Assembly (NCBI RefSeq): GCF_006345805.1
Contig: NC_042997.1
Span: 69,998,001 to 70,062,000 of the forward strand
Length of the DNA stretch: 64,000 nt
Reading direction: 5' to 3'
Origin: Octopus sinensis
Lineage: Eukaryota
Positions within the stretch are counted from its first letter, which is position 1; the number at the start of each line of letters is the position of its first letter. Position numbers and translations under genes: made by a program. The notes beneath the pieces were generated by a model. It saw only the letters and a list, made by a program, of their open reading frames with translations. It was not told the origin of the DNA and searched no databases. This document shows positions 31,703 to 46,160 of this stretch, piece by piece.

Positions 31703-32620
31703 CAAAAAAAATGGCACCTTTTCACCAAGGAAGGCCTGTGTTACGTTGACACAAGGCATGGTGCAGAATCCTGGATAAGTACCGCATTATCAAGCCTAAA
31801 CTTCTGCTCCATCCAAAGTAAATAAGTTTTTCAGGATCTCCACGCTTTGTCCCAATCTTCAAACCAGACTCAATGAATTTGTATCCCTGACATTTCTATC
31901 ACTCGCCATGGCTCCAAATAGCATTACAGAAGCAGGATTCTTAGTCTCAAACACACAGATACGTCAGAAGGGTTGTATGCAATCATTCGAGAATTTCTTC
32001 GATTCACCTCAGCGTCCACAATGAACTCTTTCCTCGTCCACAAACTCGGGAGTTTTTCCTACACTTTGATGCTTGATGAATGACAGAAGCTTTGGTCATC
32101 TCGTGGCTCTGATTGTTTTTACCTTAGCTGTTAGGAGGTGACGCCGTCGTCGTATACAGCTAGTCATGCCAAGATTCCTGTTCACAACTCTAGACAACAT
32201 GAAAAATGGCACATCGCGTTTCTTTGGAAGAGTTGTCATGGATATAGATGGGTTATCTTCAATCGAGCCTTTGATGCCAGCGAGAAACTCTGGATTGCGC
32301 TTGGAATTACTTCGAGTCTGGCGTTTTTTCTATAAATTTTTTCCACTTGTTTAAATTGTTTATATACACGATAAATTGTCGCTTTTGAAAGTTTTGTCAA
32401 CTTAACTTTATTGGCAGTGTGCTCAGCACCTGCTAAAACAACAATGGCGGGACGATTCTGTTGTTCCATAACTTTCTGTGATCGAATCAGTTCGCTATTT
32501 ACCTGAAAAATAAAGAAGAGGATTAGATTTTCAAGAAATCAAGGTTTTGTCAAAAACTGAAATATCAAACCCACTAAGTTAACTGCTTAAAATTGGTCCC
32601 AATTTATCTGCAAGACCCTG
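31703..32620 (-). mobile_element. Tc1/mariner transposon relic, truncated
   Basis: Terminus TA-CAGGGTCTTGCAG (minus) at 32620; HTH-like MEQQNRPAIVVL...LSKATIYRVYKQF; broken downstream frames. Confidence 0.7.
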
Positions 32621-32623
32621 TAT

Positions 32624-32696
<73 letters not shown>

Positions 32697-33026
32697 CGCT
32701 ACGATTCTCCATGGCTGTAGTCTAATGACGCAAACAAGTAAAAGAAGAGACAGCTAGTTTGATAGATAAATAGATAGATAAATTTATGTACATAAGACTT
32801 GTGTGTTTTAATGTTGCTATTGGTTCAGTCGATAGAAGGAAAATTGAACAAGTAAAAGAACAATCTCCAGAGATTGTTATTCTGTTATTAGTGTTATGTT
32901 CAGGACAAAAGTGTCAATTCTATATAGCTCAGACAACCAGCTTATATATAGTTACCATCACGTGATAACTCCCAACTGTTTATTAAATTTTTAACATGTG
33001 ATCAACCAATGTTTTGACAGCTTTTA

Positions 33027-33114
<88 letters not shown>

Positions 33115-33600
33115 GAATATATATACATAAATATATATAATACATATTATATATATAATATATATATATATATATATGTGCACACATACATATGTATACA
33201 TGTATTAATGCATATGTATGTATGTATATGTAGGTATGTTGTATGTATGTATGCATGCATGTATGTATAATACGAGTGTTCGACTTAGAAAAAGTAATGA
33301 TTAATTCAAATAATTTTTATTCAGCGTCAGAGAAAAATAATCTTAATCGTTGTATAGTACCATATTTCAAATGTTATAACAGGTGTAAAACTCTACGTCT
33401 CTCATTAAGCTCTGATATTAATAGCACTAGATATCAAGCATCACGCCTATGCAAAGGAATGCGACTCACCGAGGAAGAAAATGAAGGGTTTAAGAATTCA
33501 ACAACACCACAGTCATTAACATAGACACTTAGATACATGCTTTTAACAAAATAATGATGCACTCCTCCCTAAAACATATCCCACAAGATAATATGTATGC

Positions 33601-33652
<52 letters not shown>

Positions 33653-33734
33653 ACATATATATATAAATATAAATATATATATATATAAATAAATATATAT
33701 ATATATAGATATAAATATAAATATATAATAAATA

Positions 33735-33772
<38 letters not shown>

Positions 33773-33904
33773 AACGCCAATTAAATGGGAGTTATCAAAT
33801 GATGGTAACTATATATAAGCTGGTTGTCCTGGTTGTATAGAGTTGATACTTTGGTCCTGAACATAACACTAATAACAGAATGATTGAACCAACGTATACA
33901 GAAC

Positions 33905-34385
33905 ATGGCACTCTCTCGGTTATGATGACGAGGATTCCAGTTGATCCGATCCACGGAACATCTTGCTCATGAAAGCAATGTCCAAATGGCTGAGCACTCC
34001 ACAAACATGCGTACTCTTAATGTAGTTCTCAGGGTGATTCGGCGTGACATGGAATGTGACAAAGGTAATCCTTTAGATTTACAGGTACAACTCAATTTTG
34101 TCAGCTGAATGGACTGGAGCAACATGAAATAAAGTGTCTTGTTCAACATCATCAAACAACTTAAGAAAGTAAAAAAAGTGAATGTTCCTTTCTTCTTCGG
34201 GTACAAAGTTTGAAATCTTCGGGGAAGAGATTAATCGATTACGTCAATCCCAGGGCCCAACCTGTGCCTATTTAACGAACCTGAAAGAAATGAAAGTCAT
34301 CGTGGAAGGAATTTGAGGGCAGAATGTCAAGAGCCAGGAGAGATGCAGTTAAGGCTTTTAAACAACTCTGCCAGTTCGCCGACCT
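33905..34385 (-). mobile_element. SINE-C fragment (33905-34160) followed by diverged SINE-B (34205-34385)
   Basis: Similarity to 25552-25720 and to family B copies. Confidence 0.7.
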
Positions 34386-34953
34386 ACAAGCTAGAAGCAT
34401 AAATAATGTTAATAATAAACTATTGAAAAACAGAAAATTGGCAAACATTTTTAACCAATATACGTCACAAAAGTAATAATGAAATTCTACAAAAGGAAAT
34501 GTGTACCGACAACCACGTCAGAAACAATAGCCAAAGCAATAAAAGAACCATTACACAATCTCTTAAGATGCTACCAAAACAATTTAATTCACTTCAGTTG
34601 TGTTCTACCAGCAAATTCTTCAATATAGTAATATGGCATGTATAATATAAACGAAAAAGCTAAAATGGTTATGGTTAAATTTCTTTTGAAAACTCGGTTT
34701 CCTCCACTGCGTTGTCTTTGGAAGGAGCAACGACAGCAGCAATAATGTTCATCACTTGTCATATAATCAATCTCAAATAATGATCACCAACGCTGCAATA
34801 CCAAGTAAAACCATAAAAAATTCAAACTTAGGAACATATATTAGAAAATAGGCGCATATCATTTAGTGCATATTTTTGATCCGTTCTTTTCATACACCTA
34901 AAACAGTTAGGGCATGAAAGATTCACAGCACACATGCTTAAAAACATGCACAT

Positions 34954-34986
<33 letters not shown>

Positions 34987-35485
34987 ATACGCACACAAAC
35001 TCAAATGTATGTGTGTGTATGTATGTACGTGTGTGTCTATATACAAATGCACGTACATAATGAGCAGTGCAATAATAAATTAGTAGCCGAAATATTAAAA
35101 TATGAACCAGAGATAAGTCTAATCTGTGTATATTTATTTTAATATGTGTTTCAGTTGTTGTTTTTTTATTGCACCAATCTTGTGTAGCAAATTCTATATA
35201 GTAGGCTCCAAATGTTTGTAAATATATTCTATTTGCATATTCAGCTGAGCACTCTTATTACGGTTACATAGACAAAACAGAACGGACTAAATAACAATGT
35301 ACCTTCTTACATACATAAGTATATATGTACACGCTCACACACGCACGTCTGTATATATGGATGTAATTATATGTTTATATGCATATATACATATATGTGT
35401 GTGTGTGTGTGTGTGTATTAATGTTTACATGCGTATATATATAAGTGTGTGTATATATATATATATATGTTTAGATATATATATG

Positions 35486-35552
<67 letters not shown>

Positions 35553-36285
35553 CAGAGAGAGATAAAGAGAGAGAGAGAGAGAGAGGCGGGAAAAAAAGCA
35601 ACGAAAACTATTTTTAAAGAGCTGTGGGAAGAATTATACTCTTTTGTTTGTTTTACTTTCTGCTTGTGTAAATATTAATAGCTTTCTAAGTCCATAAGTA
35701 CACAAGCAAAATGAGATTGAGTCTAGGCAAATACCCTAATGTTTGTTAGTATAAAGAATATCAATAAACACATGTCATGCGTCTTTACATTGGTTTTATA
35801 ACTTTCTTTCCTTTCTTTGGTCTTGCTTTTTATATTATTATGAATATCGTTTATCATTATTGTTAACATTGTTATTATATATAATAATAAAACTAATAGT
35901 ATCTTACCCAGGCACAAGCCAGATTCGAGAGGTGTGGGCGAGTGGGATTATTGATTTATTGATTCTAGTGCCTGATTGGTACTTATTTTATCGACCATAG
36001 GACAAAGAAAAGCAAAGGCAAATCTCGGCAGGACTTGATCTAACAGAGTTACACCCGTGATTAAATATTGCAATGTCTTGTATCTGCCGTTTGCCTATTT
36101 TTCTTCATACTGCTATTTCAAAATAAAGTGCGAGTACCCCTATTTTTCAAGAGTGTACAATCGATTGAATTACTACGTTCAACTATTTGCTTGATCAAAG
36201 TGTGATTTGAACTCACAACATAAAGGACAGGCATTTTTGTTTGATACTCAACTGATCAGCCCGCTACAAGAAATACGTTTGGAAG

Positions 36286-36775
36286 TGATTGGAAGTGTTA
36301 TCATGTACATTGTTTTGTCTTGGTATAAAAGATGGGCTACAGCAAATATTCTGCTCAATACCACAGATTTGCGTGTCAGTTGTTTGACCTTAACCAGTTG
36401 AGCATGTCCCTTAGTGGCTGACGATATGTGCATCTCTGATCACGAGCAGAAGTAGTGGGGGAGCATCATAGCCATGTGTTGAGAGGGATTCTTTGGGGTT
36501 TGAATAATTCACCTCTGGAAACATGGGTGGCTCTTTCAACATCCTTAAACAACCCTTATTCAGGGACCTTTTGAGCGGGATGGGCTACTCGACTTGGGCC
36601 CCACCTGCAAAGTCATGTGCTGTTTATCTTGATATGAGATCCCCATGTCGCGCACATATGGTTGTGATGCATGTGCCTGGTGTACCTTTATCAGACGGGT
36701 AGTCATGATGGGTATATTGGGCTTCGTATATTTTACCCCAGTGTCACTTTGATGGCATGCACTGCTCTCTCACTC
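36286..36775 (+). mobile_element. Non-coding ~555-bp element (family D), left-truncated copy
   Basis: Highly similar to 54185-54739; ends TCTCTCACTC then (AAT)n. Confidence 0.85.
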
Positions 36776-36810
<35 letters not shown>

Positions 36811-36864
36811 TAATAATGATAATAATGATGATGATGATGATAATAATGATGATGATGATGATGA

Positions 36865-36921
<57 letters not shown>

Positions 36922-36925
36922 AATA

Positions 36926-37275
36926 GCCTTGATGCAGTACCAGGCACTGGCTCTCATGGCTTCTGATCTTAACTGATTGGAAGTGTTATCATGTACATGT
37001 TTTCTGTTGGTATTTCGTTCAACATCTTTAAACAACCCTTATTTAGGGACCTTTTAAGCAGAATGGGACACTCGAGCCGAAGAAAATTATAACTGGGCCC
37101 CACCTGCAAGGTCATACACTGCTTATCTTGATTTAGGTTTCACCATATCATGCACATATGGTTGTGATGCATATGCCTGGTGTACCCTTATCAGACAGTA
37201 GTCATGATGGGTATACTGGGCTTCGTATATTTGTACCCCAGTGTCACTTTGGTGGTATGTGCTGCTCTCTCACTT
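36926..37275 (+). mobile_element. Family D copy with internal deletion
   Basis: Same left end (GCCTTGATGCAGTACCAGG) and right end; flanked by (GAT)n and (AAT)n. Confidence 0.85.
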
Positions 37276-37290
37276 AATAACAACAACAAC

Positions 37291-37355
<65 letters not shown>

Positions 37356-37357
<2 letters not shown>

Positions 37358-37582
37358 GTTTTAAATATTGCCTGAAGAGCAGCAATTTTTGCCCCGAAGG
37401 ACAGTTTGTGGGAGGGGATTGAGTCGATTACATCGACCCCAGTGTTTCACTGGTACTTAATTTATTGACCCCAAAAGGATGAAAGGCAAAGTCGATCTCG
37501 GCGGAATTTGAAGTCAGAACGTAGCGACGGGCGAAATACTACTAAGCATTCCGTCCAGCGTGCTAACGATTCTGCCAGCTCG
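37356..37582 (-). mobile_element. SINE family B
   Basis: Reverse complement of the family B body; AAT repeats on both sides. Confidence 0.8.
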
Positions 37583-37609
37583 ATAATAATAATGGTGATA
37601 ATTACTTCT

Positions 37610-38600
37610 CATTGGCCATAAGGGCAGCGAAAAACATTTAGGACAATACAAAGACGAAGTACAATGAGGATTTGTACAGAACCATGTAAAAAAAACAACA
37701 TATCATAAAAAATTCTAACAATGAAGGTATCCAGTAGGAGCGAAATTCCATCCAGCGCAACAAAGAAACCACACAGATCTGGAGCCACTCTACTCCCCAC
37801 GAGTACCATTCAAAGGGTTCCTCTTCCCTCCGTACTTCACAGTCTCAGTTGCCAGTCACTCGGTCCATCCTTACCACATTCACTCACCTTTCAAGTTTAC
37901 TGGAGATCAGCCCATCCGTCTCCATTCTCACCATTCTTTGCAAATGAAAGTTTAAATAGTTGATGAGGACTTGGTCGGTAAGGAAAGTGTCTCTTTTTAG
38001 TCCCGTCCACCACACAAACACTTTTGTTATAGCCATCAGACAGAGAAAAGATTCCTGCTCTTCCCAGTCAAAGGAAAACGGTGGATAATGTTTTCATGAT
38101 GTTGGCCGGGAGCCTGATCTACCTTACACATGAGCAAAGCTGTTCGACATTACACCACAAGTCAGAAATTTTCGAGCAATGTATGAGCACGTGAGAACGA
38201 TTATGTCCTTCTGCGTGCACATCCGCCAGACGCAACCGACGCTACTATCATGCTTGTAGAGTTTATCCCGAATTAGCAATGTTCAACGATAGCACCGTCA
38301 GGCCAGAAATACCTGGAAATTATCAATGGGTTTCGACCCGAAAGTCCTTTGGAAAGAACTAACCAATTATGTTTCATCAATGACCAGACTTTTCCCAAGG
38401 ACATCGTCACGTTTATCCACTACTAGTCAACTATCACATTGCTCGACTAGCGAAGTGTTCTGAGCACATGACAACATTCAAGTTGCCAGGCACGCTGCAT
38501 CGGTCTACGCTTGACACAGCACTGCAACTCGCCGTCGAGCTATACCCTTCCGTATTGGAGTACAATGTGGTATGATAACCGGATCTATTAGAGGAACTTT
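37610..38600 (-). mobile_element. L1/Tx1-like LINE ORF2 3' remnant
   Basis: Minus-strand pieces LIRDKLYKHDSSVGCVWRMC (decayed knuckle region) and FLTDQVLINYLNFHLQRMVRME..LER*VNV resemble Tx1-type ORF2 C-termini; heavily broken. Confidence 0.5.
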
Positions 38601-38637
38601 TTGTGACAGCCACGTGATTCTATGATTCTATGCATTC

Positions 38638-38851
38638 TTTTCTACTGCAGGATCAAGGCCCGAAATTTTATGGGAGGGTGGGGGAGCAATCGATTAGATC
38701 GACCCCAGTACGCAACTGATACTTAACTTATCGACCCGATAGGATGAAAGGCAAAGTCGACCTCGACGGAATTTGAACTCAGAACATAAAGACAGATGAA
38801 ATACCGCTAAGCATTTCACCAGGCGTGCTAACGTTTCTGCCAGCTCGCCGC
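38638..38851 (-). mobile_element. SINE family B
   Basis: Ends CTGCCAGCTCGCCGC; body as other copies. Confidence 0.85.
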
Positions 38852-39024
38852 TTTTATGAATCTATATATTGCAGTACAAATATATATATATATATAGATA
38901 TATATATATATATATATATATATAATAAATATATGCATGTACATAATACATATATGTACGTACCTACATCTACATGTATATTACATGCATATATATATAA
39001 TATATATATATATATAATAATAAA

Positions 39025-39420
39025 TATTAGGGAATAATCCAAATTTACAGGGAAAAAATCAGATTTAGGATTAAATCCAATTTAATAGTAAAATATTATA
39101 AATATTATTAGAGACAAAACCACTATTTGCAAAACAAACAAGGAAAGACTTAATCAATACATAAAATTTTAATAAATAGTCAAAAAAACCGCCACTACAA
39201 TCGTTTCTTGTCTTGATCGACAATCTTCAGGTGGACTTCCAATTTACAAGTCAGTTTCATAATTTTGAAACTGACTTGTAAATTGGAAGTCCACCTGAAG
39301 ATTGTCGATCAAGACAAGAAACGATTGTAGTGGCGGTTTTTTTGACTATTTATTAAAATTTTATGTATTGATTAAGTCTTTCCTTGTTTGTTTTGCAAAA
39401 TAGTGGTTTTGTCTCTAATA

Positions 39421-39426
<6 letters not shown>
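39025..39426. mobile_element. Fold-back hammerhead element (family H1) in (TA)n
   Basis: Near-perfect inverted arms ~39101-39259 / 39266-39426, 6-nt loop, ~75-bp tail on the left; second copy at 58953-59350. Confidence 0.9.
39291..39333 (+). ncRNA. Minimal type I hammerhead ribozyme (mirror copy on minus strand 39192-39234)
   Basis: CCAC-CTGAAGA-TTGTC(gatcaa)GACAA-GAAA-C(gatt)G-TA-GTGG; predicted cleavage after 39329. Confidence 0.88.
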
Positions 39427-39456
<30 letters not shown>

Positions 39457-39460
<4 letters not shown>

Positions 39461-39894
39461 TTGAACTGCAGTTTTTACCTCTGTAGAAATGTAATGCTCT
39501 ATGACTCACGTGGGTGGACAGGGAGAATAATAGATCTCATTCGTATTTTTGGATTCGCTAGTACTGGGTGTCTGGCATGGTTTGTCCGATGTTACAGATA
39601 TCGGACGGGTATGTTTGATTCTTAGTATTTTCAAATCTAAATCAGAAGAAATCTCTGAGCTGATGAAGGAAAAGTGGCGTTTTAGCCACAAATCCAGAAA
39701 CAGACTGTCCTCGGGTATCGTATATGGATGTGATCTTTCATTGTTTTTCCCTTATACCTATGTGAGTTATTTTTGTGAGTATGCATTGTCTGGAGACTTT
39801 TATTTGCAGTTGAAGAAATAGCCAAATTTTTGGCTGCTATTTCTGAAAAGTTCGGTGTGTGGTAAAGTGAATTCTTTTACTTTACCATATTTTT

Positions 39895-39898
<4 letters not shown>
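39457..39898 (+). mobile_element. Non-coding hammerhead element in (TA)n
   Basis: ~440 bp between TA runs, containing the motif at 39656-39713. Confidence 0.75.
39656..39713 (+). ncRNA. Type I hammerhead ribozyme motif
   Basis: TGAG-CTGATGA-A-GGA.GTGGC(gtttta)GCCAC.TCC-A-GAAA-CAGACTG-TC-CTCG; GUC cleavage predicted after 39709. Confidence 0.82.
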
Positions 39899-39927
<29 letters not shown>

Positions 39928-40435
39928 GAGTACAGGACACCACAAATAGACGTAGAACTCAACGAGAAACGAAAACATAAAAACAAACATGGAAACGGAC
40001 TTTTTTTAACAACGAAAAAACAGAGTACAAGACAAACAATACAAGGAATATTCCCCTTCATCAGCTGTCCCTGGTTCGACTCCATGCGTGTTTCGAAGGT
40101 AAGACAGAACACAACCCGCCGAACCAGACCTTCCTGCAAAAGAATTAAATAAAATTCCTTTGCAGAGGGGTAAAAACAAGGAAAGAAAAAAATGTGACAA
40201 GAACAGGACGTAAAAGCAATACAAATAAAAATACAAATAAAATACAAATACAAAATAAAAATACAATATAACAAATACAGTACACATAAAAAATAAAAAC
40301 AGGACAAGGAAACCAACATTGAGGGATCTTTTTTAAGCCTACACGATGGAAAAATTCAGAGCGCAAGAAAAAAGCCATGTTGGCTTGTAGAAGGCAGCGA
40401 GTGAAAAGAAGTTGGTCGACTCAGCAGTGAGAGAG
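39928..40435 (-). mobile_element. Non-coding element in (TA)n with permuted hammerhead-like boxes
   Basis: Starts at a TA run; minus strand has CCTTC-GAAAC...GTC...CTGATGA-AGGGG at 40043-40100. Confidence 0.5.
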
Positions 40436-40909
40436 AGAGAGATAGAGAGGAAAGGAAGTAAGTTTATATATATATATATGTTTCAGGCATTTGACTGCAG
40501 CAATGCTGGAGCACCGCCTTAAAGAGTATTTTAGTGGAAGAAATCGTTGTAAGCTTACTACTTATTTCTATCGGTCTCTTTTGCGAACCGCTATGCTACA
40601 GGAACGTAAACATACCAACATCAGTTGTCAAACGATGGTGGGGGGACAGACATAGACACAACGATACACACACATGTAAAGATATAAATATAAATATAAA
40701 CACTGAATAATAAAGGATAGTAATTCTTTCACAGAACAACACATAATAAGGGCTCAATATATTGAGCAGTGATATCAAAATTTAATAAAGGAAAACGGAT
40801 TCAGGTATCAATTTATTCCTGGTCAAACCACACATATTTCTTCATACAATCTCATTCGAAATCAGGGTTGGATGACAGCGTGCATACACATATACAGATG
40901 AATATATAT

Positions 40910-41309
<400 letters not shown>

Positions 41310-42016
41310 GTATATAGACGACGGGCTTCTTTCAGTTCCCGTCAATCCAGTCCACTCACAAAGGTCTGGTCTGTCAGAGGCTATAATAGAAGACACTTGC
41401 CTAAGGTGTCTTCTACTATAGGCTCTGTCGATGTATATACATATATACAACGAGGTATATACCATTGTGGGTATATACTACATAACCGTGTGTATCAGTC
41501 TTTATAAAAAGTAAATATGTGATAAACCGAGGAAAGACGGTGTACATCAAATTTTAAAACGATTGGATTTTCTGATTTAAACTAAATGTACCTGGTATTT
41601 TATAATACTTTCCAGAAACAACCAAAACAATTTTATATTTCGAAGTATTTAATCTCCAAATGAAACTGATTATAGTATCACAGCGAGCGGGATATATTCG
41701 TCTGTTTGCCTGAACCCGGAACTATGTGGTTGGAAAGCAAACTTCTTACTACACACCCACGCCTGCGCCTCTAAGCATGTCTTCTTATTGCTCATATCTA
41801 TAAGGCATCTAACTGGCAGAATCGTTTGCACGCCGTGCAAAGTGCGGTATTCTATTCGTCTTTACGTTCTATATCCAACTTTCGTCGAGGTCGGTTTTGC
41901 CTTTCATCCTTTCGGGGTCGATAAAATAAGTATCAGTCGAGTACTGTGGTCGATGCGATCGACTTACCCCCAACCTCCCCTGAAATTACTGGCTGTATGC
42001 CAAAATCTTAAACCAT

Positions 42017-42080
42017 TTCTTGTATATATGTCCAATCATGACTAGTCTATTCTTGTATATATGTCCAATCATGACTAGTC
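42017..42080. repeat. 33-bp direct tandem duplication
   Basis: TTCTTGTATATATGTCCAATCATGACTAGTC twice, right after a SINE-B copy (41805-42015). Confidence 0.9.
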
Positions 42081-42273
42081 TTTGTCATTCAGATATTGTA
42101 TATAAGTCCGCCTATTTTATTTCAGCCTAGTAGAGAATACTTGTTTGAGGATATTTTAATGTTTTCCTAAACACATACATGCTCATATATACACCCTCCC
42201 ACACACACAAGCACCGATAGAATAAATATTAGACATAAGAAGAACATACGGATGTGAATTTGCTCGTCTAAAA

Positions 42274-42609
42274 CAAGAATTCTCAACCATTTTTTAATCT
42301 ATGGACCCCTTTGATTACTATTTTATTCTGGGGAGCCCCCATAACCATTCGATGTTTGAAAACTAGTTTTAAAGAAGCTTCTTTCAAAATTCGTATTTTG
42401 TTTTTCGCATATTAACTTGAGTAGGTTGATATATGTAAAATGTTAGAGAAAGAAACCTGTTTCTTGCAATACATATCATTACACACACGAAAACCAAAAT
42501 TTTGTCAGGGGCCCTTAAAATACTATTATGCTGTGTGGATCACCCCATTTTACTGTTTTGCTGTGTGGATCCCCCAAAATCTTATATGGACTCCGAGTGA
42601 GAACCACTG
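42274..42609. mobile_element. hAT-type MITE inserted in a SINE-A fragment
   Basis: Perfect 8-bp TSD GTCTAAAA (42266, 42610); ends CAAGAATTCTCAA / TGAGAACCACTG. Confidence 0.85.
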
Positions 42610-43479
42610 GTCTAAAACCTTCAAGGCGGTACCCAGCATGTCCGTAGCGTAACGAATGAAACAAATAAGAGACATAAGTGTGCGATTTGAGAAAGATTTA
42701 AATTGTTGTTATTCAGACAACTTATTCTCAGGAGCAGTGTATTTATGATATAACGCGCCTTCACTTACGTTTACAAATTGCTAGGTGTGATTTGAGAAGG
42801 ATTGGACTTATATTTCAAGCAACAATTACTGGCTACCTTACTGGCTCATTCTCCTGAAACTGTCGTTGCATTTACTGATTCTCGTCATTGTCGTCGTCGT
42901 AGTCGTCAACGTCGTCGTGGTCATTGACATTATTGTTGCTTTTACTGTTATTTCCTTTTTTTGTGTGTGTGGATTGTTACTGGTGTTGTACTCAAACTGG
43001 GTGAGGAGGTGTAACACGTCGAAGTTCATTGTGGTGCTGCCACATTTTACGCTCCGTTGAATACAGCTGAACCGAAGTACCTTGATTAGTGTCATACAAG
43101 CCAAGTAAAAAGGAAATATACCGAATAAAATACAAAGTAGCACAGCACGAAAAATCATATACATTAAATAGGAGCTAGCTAATGTGCCTTTTATGAGGCC
43201 GCTCGGCCTGCAAGAAATAGCAGTCAAATTTCTCTCAAATCGTATGCAACATCTCGGAATAAAGAAAAACACTTTAGATCAGTGGCCTTCAACCTTTTGT
43301 AACTCACCTATTCCTTTCCACGAAAGGCTTTTTGTAAATGCCCCTCCTTATCTTTCCACATTTGGGGAAAAAATATAACGATGCAGGATTATCTTAAGTA
43401 AACGGGTTTTAATTGAAACAGTGTGCTTTATTATTCATATTGTATTTTACTATTTCAAACAGCATCTATTATCCTTACT

Positions 43480-44100
43480 TTTTTATTTGTTTCAGGTATC
43501 AGATCACGGCCATGCAGACACCACCTTGAAAGTTCGAGCCGAGCAAATCGATCCTAGTACTTATTTTTTTAAAACCTGGTACTTCTTGTATCCGGTTCTT
43601 TTGCCGAACCGCTAAGTTACGGGGGCGTAACAAAACACTGGTTGTTAAACGGAGATAGAGAACAAAGACAAACACGACACACACACACAACCACACACTC
43701 ACACACTCACACACACACACTCACGCACACACACACACCACACACACATACACACACATGTGTTGGCCTTATTTAGTTTCCGTCTACCAGATCCATTAAC
43801 AATATTTTGGTTGACGCAAGGCTTTAGTAATGAAACATGCTCAAGTTGCCATGCTATGGGATCTAACCCGGAACCATGTGTTGAGCAGCAAACTTCTTAC
43901 CACAGCCACACTTGCGCCTAGTGAGTGAGGGCTAGTCGATTGTATAGGCCTCAGGGCTCAACTGGTACTTAATTTATCAACCCTGAAAGGATGAAACACA
44001 AACCGGACTTCGGCAGAATTTGAACTCAGAACTAAAGACGGGCGAAATGCTGCTAAGCATTTTGTTCGGCGTACTAACGATTCTCGCAGCTTGCCGCCTT
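43480..44100 (-). mobile_element. SINE-A (43480-43919) adjoining SINE-B (43925-44100)
   Basis: Reverse-complement similarity to other copies. Confidence 0.8.
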
Positions 44101-46069
44101 GTGGTACATGGTATTCATATTTTATTTTATTATCCCAAACCTCATCTGCTTCTTTTTAGTTATATGTGTGGATTGGTGCACCTTTGTTAATTTGTAAAGG
44201 AAATTAATAAAGAAGGCAAAGTGTTATGTAACGACATATGCTCCTGCTTTCTGATAAGACGGTGTCTTAGTCATATTTTCATCTCGACAAACTTCTTTTT
44301 TGTAAGAACGTTTAAAATACAAGTTTTGTAAATGGCTTAAATATCTTACTAGTGGGACCCGTGGAAATTCCACAGAACGAAAAAGATTAATAGAAGCTAT
44401 CTAAAAAAGAAAGGATGATTTGCATTTTTATTTTCATTTTGCTAAGTATTTCACTTCCAGTTACAATAATATATTATATTTTAAAATTTCTTTCTACTAA
44501 GCACTTTAAATTTCTCCCTTTCTCTCTGCCTCTTCAACAAACTTTTTAACCATGTAATTCCCGTCTTCATGTCTTTAATATTCCTTTTTTTGTCTTCACT
44601 TCTCACTTCTACTAATTCTCTCTGTATACCTCTCTTAATGTAGCTGCCTCCCTTGCCTAACTTTCTTTATCTGCCTTTCTTTAACCTCACCACCAGAACA
44701 TCACCCTCTGTTAAATATTACATCTTAAACATATCTCTTTCTCTTTACATTCCTTCCCCACTTCTTTCTCTCCTTATATTCTCTTGCTGTCTTTTCCTCT
44801 CGCTCTTCGCCTCTCCTTTCAACTAATCGCGTAACGAATTTGGACTTATACCGCTTTCTCTATTTCTTCCTCACTTCTTTCTTCTCTACTCACACTCCTC
44901 ACCTCTTTCCCTCTCTCGCACATTTTACTCCAGTTCTCATTCATTCCACCTCCTCCTCTTTAACTAAGTATAACAGGCGAACGAGCAAGCAGATTATTAT
45001 ATAGACACTTAATGTAGTAATCTAACTATTCAGTACCTGTACAGCTTCTCCGCGTGAACTCAAAAGACCCAAAAGATAGTGCAGACTCCAAGTTAAGAAC
45101 AACGACTTTACCTTATCAAATCCTTCAAACCCTCCGAAAAGAATTAATGGTTACAGCTGGAATGCTTCTAATTGACTTGGAGCTAAACGAAATCCTCAAC
45201 GTTATGGACAATGAACTGGCTGAATTGTTAGTGCGTCATACAATGCTTTGTGGCCATTTAGATTTTCAATTCATATCCCTGAGGTTAACTTTCCCTTTTT
45301 TGTTTTTCTGGGTTGAAAGAAAGAAAATTTATTACACGATATTGAAGTAGGTTCCTCTGATGCATCCTAGATATGAATGCTATAATAACAGAAAACAGCA
45401 GCAACCAATAGCAATATATTTGCGAGCTTGATCATGGCACATATAAATATCTGTGGTCAGTAAGCACTGTAAATTTAATTATAAATATAAAATATATAAA
45501 TACCTAAGGTCATATAATCTATTCTTTGTCTTACAGAAAACATAGCATTTTATTTCTAACATAAATCCAGAAATTTTGAGAGGGAATGGTGTACGAAACC
45601 AACACGCATATTGCAATTGTCACTCTTCTTTAAAATTCGAACTTATTGTATTAAAAAATATTTCAGCGTTTTCAGTGAGAGTGGGGCGCATGAGATGCTA
45701 CTGTTTTTATTGGGGGAGGGGCTATTACTGCACCTCTTATAAAAGTAATCACACTGGATAAAAAAATGTATAACTTAAAAATAGAATAACTTAAAAGATG
45801 TCTAATAGACCTTTTGTCTATTCCAGATAGATGTTTTTTATTTTCTTGGCAAAATAACAAAATACTCTCCTATTTTCTGTACAGGAAATTCGGCGATATA
45901 CTCTATGGAAAACAATAAGAAGAATAATTGTCATCCAGTTAAACTTGGCAATAATCCAATTCCCTCGGAGTGATTTGACAATCCGTCGTTCACGCCAAGA
46001 TATGACAATGGCAACAACAACAACATAATACTAACTTAAATAATACTAATAACAATAATCCTAACCCTA

Positions 46070-46159
<90 letters not shown>

Positions 46160-46160
<1 letters not shown>

